Positions 60,931 to 64,000 of a stretch of DNA of 64,000 bases are shown here, piece by piece. The position numbers were made by a program, and so were the translations under genes. This DNA comes from Rhina ancylostomus (Eukaryota): assembly GCA_030265395.1 (NCBI GenBank), contig JARFYF010000056.1:10393617-10457616 (forward strand). The letters are read 5' to 3'. The notes beneath the pieces are model-generated. The model did not search any database and was not told where the DNA came from. It saw only the letters and a list, made by a program, of their open reading frames with translations. The first letter of the stretch is position 1; every line of letters starts with the position of its first letter.

Positions 60931-62139
60931 TTCAATGCTGCTGACAATGTAAAGAATTAATAAAATGTACAGGACACAAACAGCCCTATTGTCTCAATTG
61001 TTTTTTTTGTTGGAGTTTATGTTTAATGCAAGCCTCCTCTATATTTTACCAGAGATCCTTATTGAATTTATTATTCACATATATTTATGATACTAATTTT
61101 AACCCCTCCACAGCTGGAAACAATTTATCTACATCTACTGTATCAAACCTCTTCATAATTTAAAAGATCTCTAATGGGTTACATCTCTTAATCTTCCTTT
61201 TTCATGAGAGAAATGTCTAGCCTGATTGTTATAACTGATTTATAATTGATTAATAATATGTAAAACAGTTGACAAAGAATTTTACAGCTAGGAATGCTTG
61301 CAGAACCAGAACAGTGAGGCAAGTTTTATCTTTCAGTTGCTGGTATCTCTTTTTCTTAATTTTTGCAAATCTCTGGAAAATCTGAATAACTATAATCTCC
61401 AAAGCACAGAAGTATCATTCTCCTGTTTCCAATATTTGGTTTGGAATTCCAGTGAATCCATGATTATAATAAGTGTAAGAAAGCTAGAAGTTTCCATCCA
61501 CCCTTGACAATTCAAGGAATTTAGAACCTATCCATGAGATAAAGGACAAGAGTTTAGAAAACTTTAGATCTCCATTACTAAAATGGTGGAATTTGTGTTT
61601 TTATCCTTGCAAGTTTAAAAACCCTTGTCACATTTAAAAATACTTGGCTCAGCACAAGAAGCGTTGCAGTCAACAGGATACGGACCANNNNNNNNNNNNN
61701 NNNNNNNNNNNNNNNNNNNNNNNNNNNNNNNNNNNNNNNNNNNNNNNNNNNNNNNNNNNNNNNNNNNNNNNNNNNNNNNNNNNNNNNATACTTGGCTCAG
61801 CACAAGAAGCATTGCAGTCAACAGGATACGGACCAACAACTGGAAAGTAGGATGTCTGTAGTCTATCAGAGTCTATGGTTGATATGGAAAAGATGGAATA
61901 AATAACCATCTTCCATGTGGTAAATTTCCAAGTTCTATAAAAAAAGAAATTATACCAATTCAATGTTTCGCCATTTGTAATAAGCAGTAAAGAACATGGG
62001 GAAGAAAGGTTAAGTTAGTCTCAGTAGAATTTTCATAATTAAGTGTTGTCAGTGGATGATTAAAAATAAAAGCATCCAAGGTGAATATTCAGAATTGAGA
62101 GAAAGAAAGAATATGCAGTGAAATTTTAAAAAATGTAAT

Positions 62140-62290
62140 GCAAAAATTTGCAGCTGATGGATATCTGAAATAGGTTGAAAGACTCTCTTTCCCTGTTCTG
62201 ACAAAGGGTCTTTAACCTTAAGTATTAACTGTTTCTCTTTCCACAGATGCTGCCTGACCTGCTGTGTGTTTCCAGCAATTGTCTGCATTT
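62140..62290 (+). mobile_element. Penelope-like terminal-repeat fragment
   Basis: ctgttctgacaaagggtct...ttaactgtttctctttccacagatgctgcctgacctgctg, homologous to the arms at 47472-47525. Confidence 0.65.
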
Positions 62291-64000
62291 ATATAATGCT
62301 GCACAATCTCTGGATGCTCTAAGATGCTTTATAGCCAAATAGAGTCCTTTTTAGATGAAGTCATTGTTGCAATGTTGGAGCTAATTTAGAACGTAATGAG
62401 GAAACTTATCTGAAATATAATGTATCCAATACAATTTGGACCCAGTTACTGAGATACTCCAAATTGGCTCTCACTCGTTTTCCAGTCCTTTGTGTGACAT
62501 CGTCCAAATGAAGCTGCTAGAACAATTGTCCTCGGCTATTCAGGTTGCAGCAGTAACAGGACTGACAGATTGAATAGCCAGCAAGAAGACATTACACCTT
62601 GTTTGCAATCACTAATTGCATTCTTCTGTTGTGTTTCCACCACCCACCCACCAAAGGCAGAAGGAGTGCAGTCACAGACCGCTGATAATCCAGCATGGTC
62701 CATCATACAGAAAAACAAACAAAAGGAAAAATTATCAACAATTCTCAAGAGCTGCTGACAACCTATTATAGTTACAGTCTTGTTCAGCAAGTGGTCCAGA
62801 TTTGTGTCAGAAAACGTCACAAATACAGAGCCACTCTTATCACCAGTATTCCCTGCTGTGTACACCATCTGCCACTATGTGTTGTTAGTTTTATAATATA
62901 TCCATGAAAAACTAAAACTATAAGTTCCATTTCTAGGTGGACTATAGCACAGATAAATTTGTTTCTTTTACTTCACTCTTCTCCACCCTTGCATGAAAAA
63001 GCAGCTTTCGGACAAGCACTTCTTAAAAAAACTGATGGAGAGACTGCAACAGTTACTTTTTTGATATAGAAATGCTCTGCAAAAATATGCACAAGGAGCC
63101 TGGATGCAAATTACTTAGAAACACATCACTCTGCTACTTGACAGAATATAATGAGAATCACTAAATCTTTTATAAGGTCAACACTCCTCTTCCCAAGCAG
63201 CTGTCAAACAAAGAAATTCAGCAAAACCAAACTTCCATCGCCTCATTAAACTCAGCAGCCACGGACGACATGTTCCGCCATCAATACAAGTTGTTTTGTG
63301 TCAGTAATTTGCAGTAAAAGTCTGATCGAGGGCCTGTGGAGACTGGGGAATCGTTAGCGCTCCAGGAGCGGCTCTGCTCCTAATTGGAAGCATTGGGCAT
63401 TATCAACTGAGGATTTTCCTGGATCCCTGACAGCTACCGGTGCTGGAATGATTGCCCACTTGTCAGTGTAAAAGACCATTAAAAACAAACAATTTTTCTT
63501 TAATTGGAGGCTTGCGCTCGGAGCCCAGGTGAGAAGCCTCATCACTTTCTTTGGGCCTATTGATGATTATGGCTTACTTCAAAATCTGTCTAACAAAATT
63601 GAAAGGTTTTTCTTCTCACACTGGAAAGTGTTTTCAATATGACTACAAAAAGCTTGGCAGGTGATTTATATTTTTTTCCTACAGCCTGCAAGGCCTTGAT
63701 TAACTATCTGTATGTTCATACCACGACTAGAATTGTTAGGCTTCAAAACCAATCAGTGTTATTGAGGTGTGCACACCAAACTGTGCCAGTTTGATTCCAT
63801 AGCTGGTTTCAGAAGCCAAATGGAGGATTACTGAATTGACCCTAGGTCTAAAACAGGACCCTTGGGTAGAAGGTCTCTTCAGTTGGCTTGTGCTCCTTGA
63901 CACCTATTGCCTTCCTAGTGAGTCAAACGAGTGAAGAATGTATCATTCTGACTGAAGTGCTGAATTTCCTAACCTTAATCATTCGGTGAAATTACTAGGA

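Noticed and set aside
59045-64000. Search for the penultimate CFAP77 exon (ending W.MP.F.K)
   Set aside because: No matching peptide or splice donor found; it presumably lies beyond the window.

Overview
Vertebrate genomic DNA, most likely a cartilaginous fish (shark or ray; inferred from the HE1/V-SINE, CR1, Rex1 and Penelope-like repeats), with many assembly gaps. It holds the last two coding exons of DDX31 (+), the complete three-exon homeobox gene BARHL1 (-, about 321 aa, with one 22-N gap in exon 1) and the last coding exon of CFAP77 (-). This is the same CFAP77-BARHL1-DDX31 order and orientation as human 9q34. Most ORFs in the track are spurious or retroelement fragments. I found no new protein system. 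The notable signals are regulatory or RNA-level: a near-canonical REST/RE1 site and a tiny uORF in the BARHL1 leader, a CpG-retaining and TE-poor domain of about 26 kb, candidate enhancers inside the neighbouring genes' introns, and Penelope-like inverted-repeat elements carrying decayed minimal hammerhead-ribozyme cores. Gene and repeat identities come from recalled homologue sequences, not database searches; repeat boundaries are approximate.
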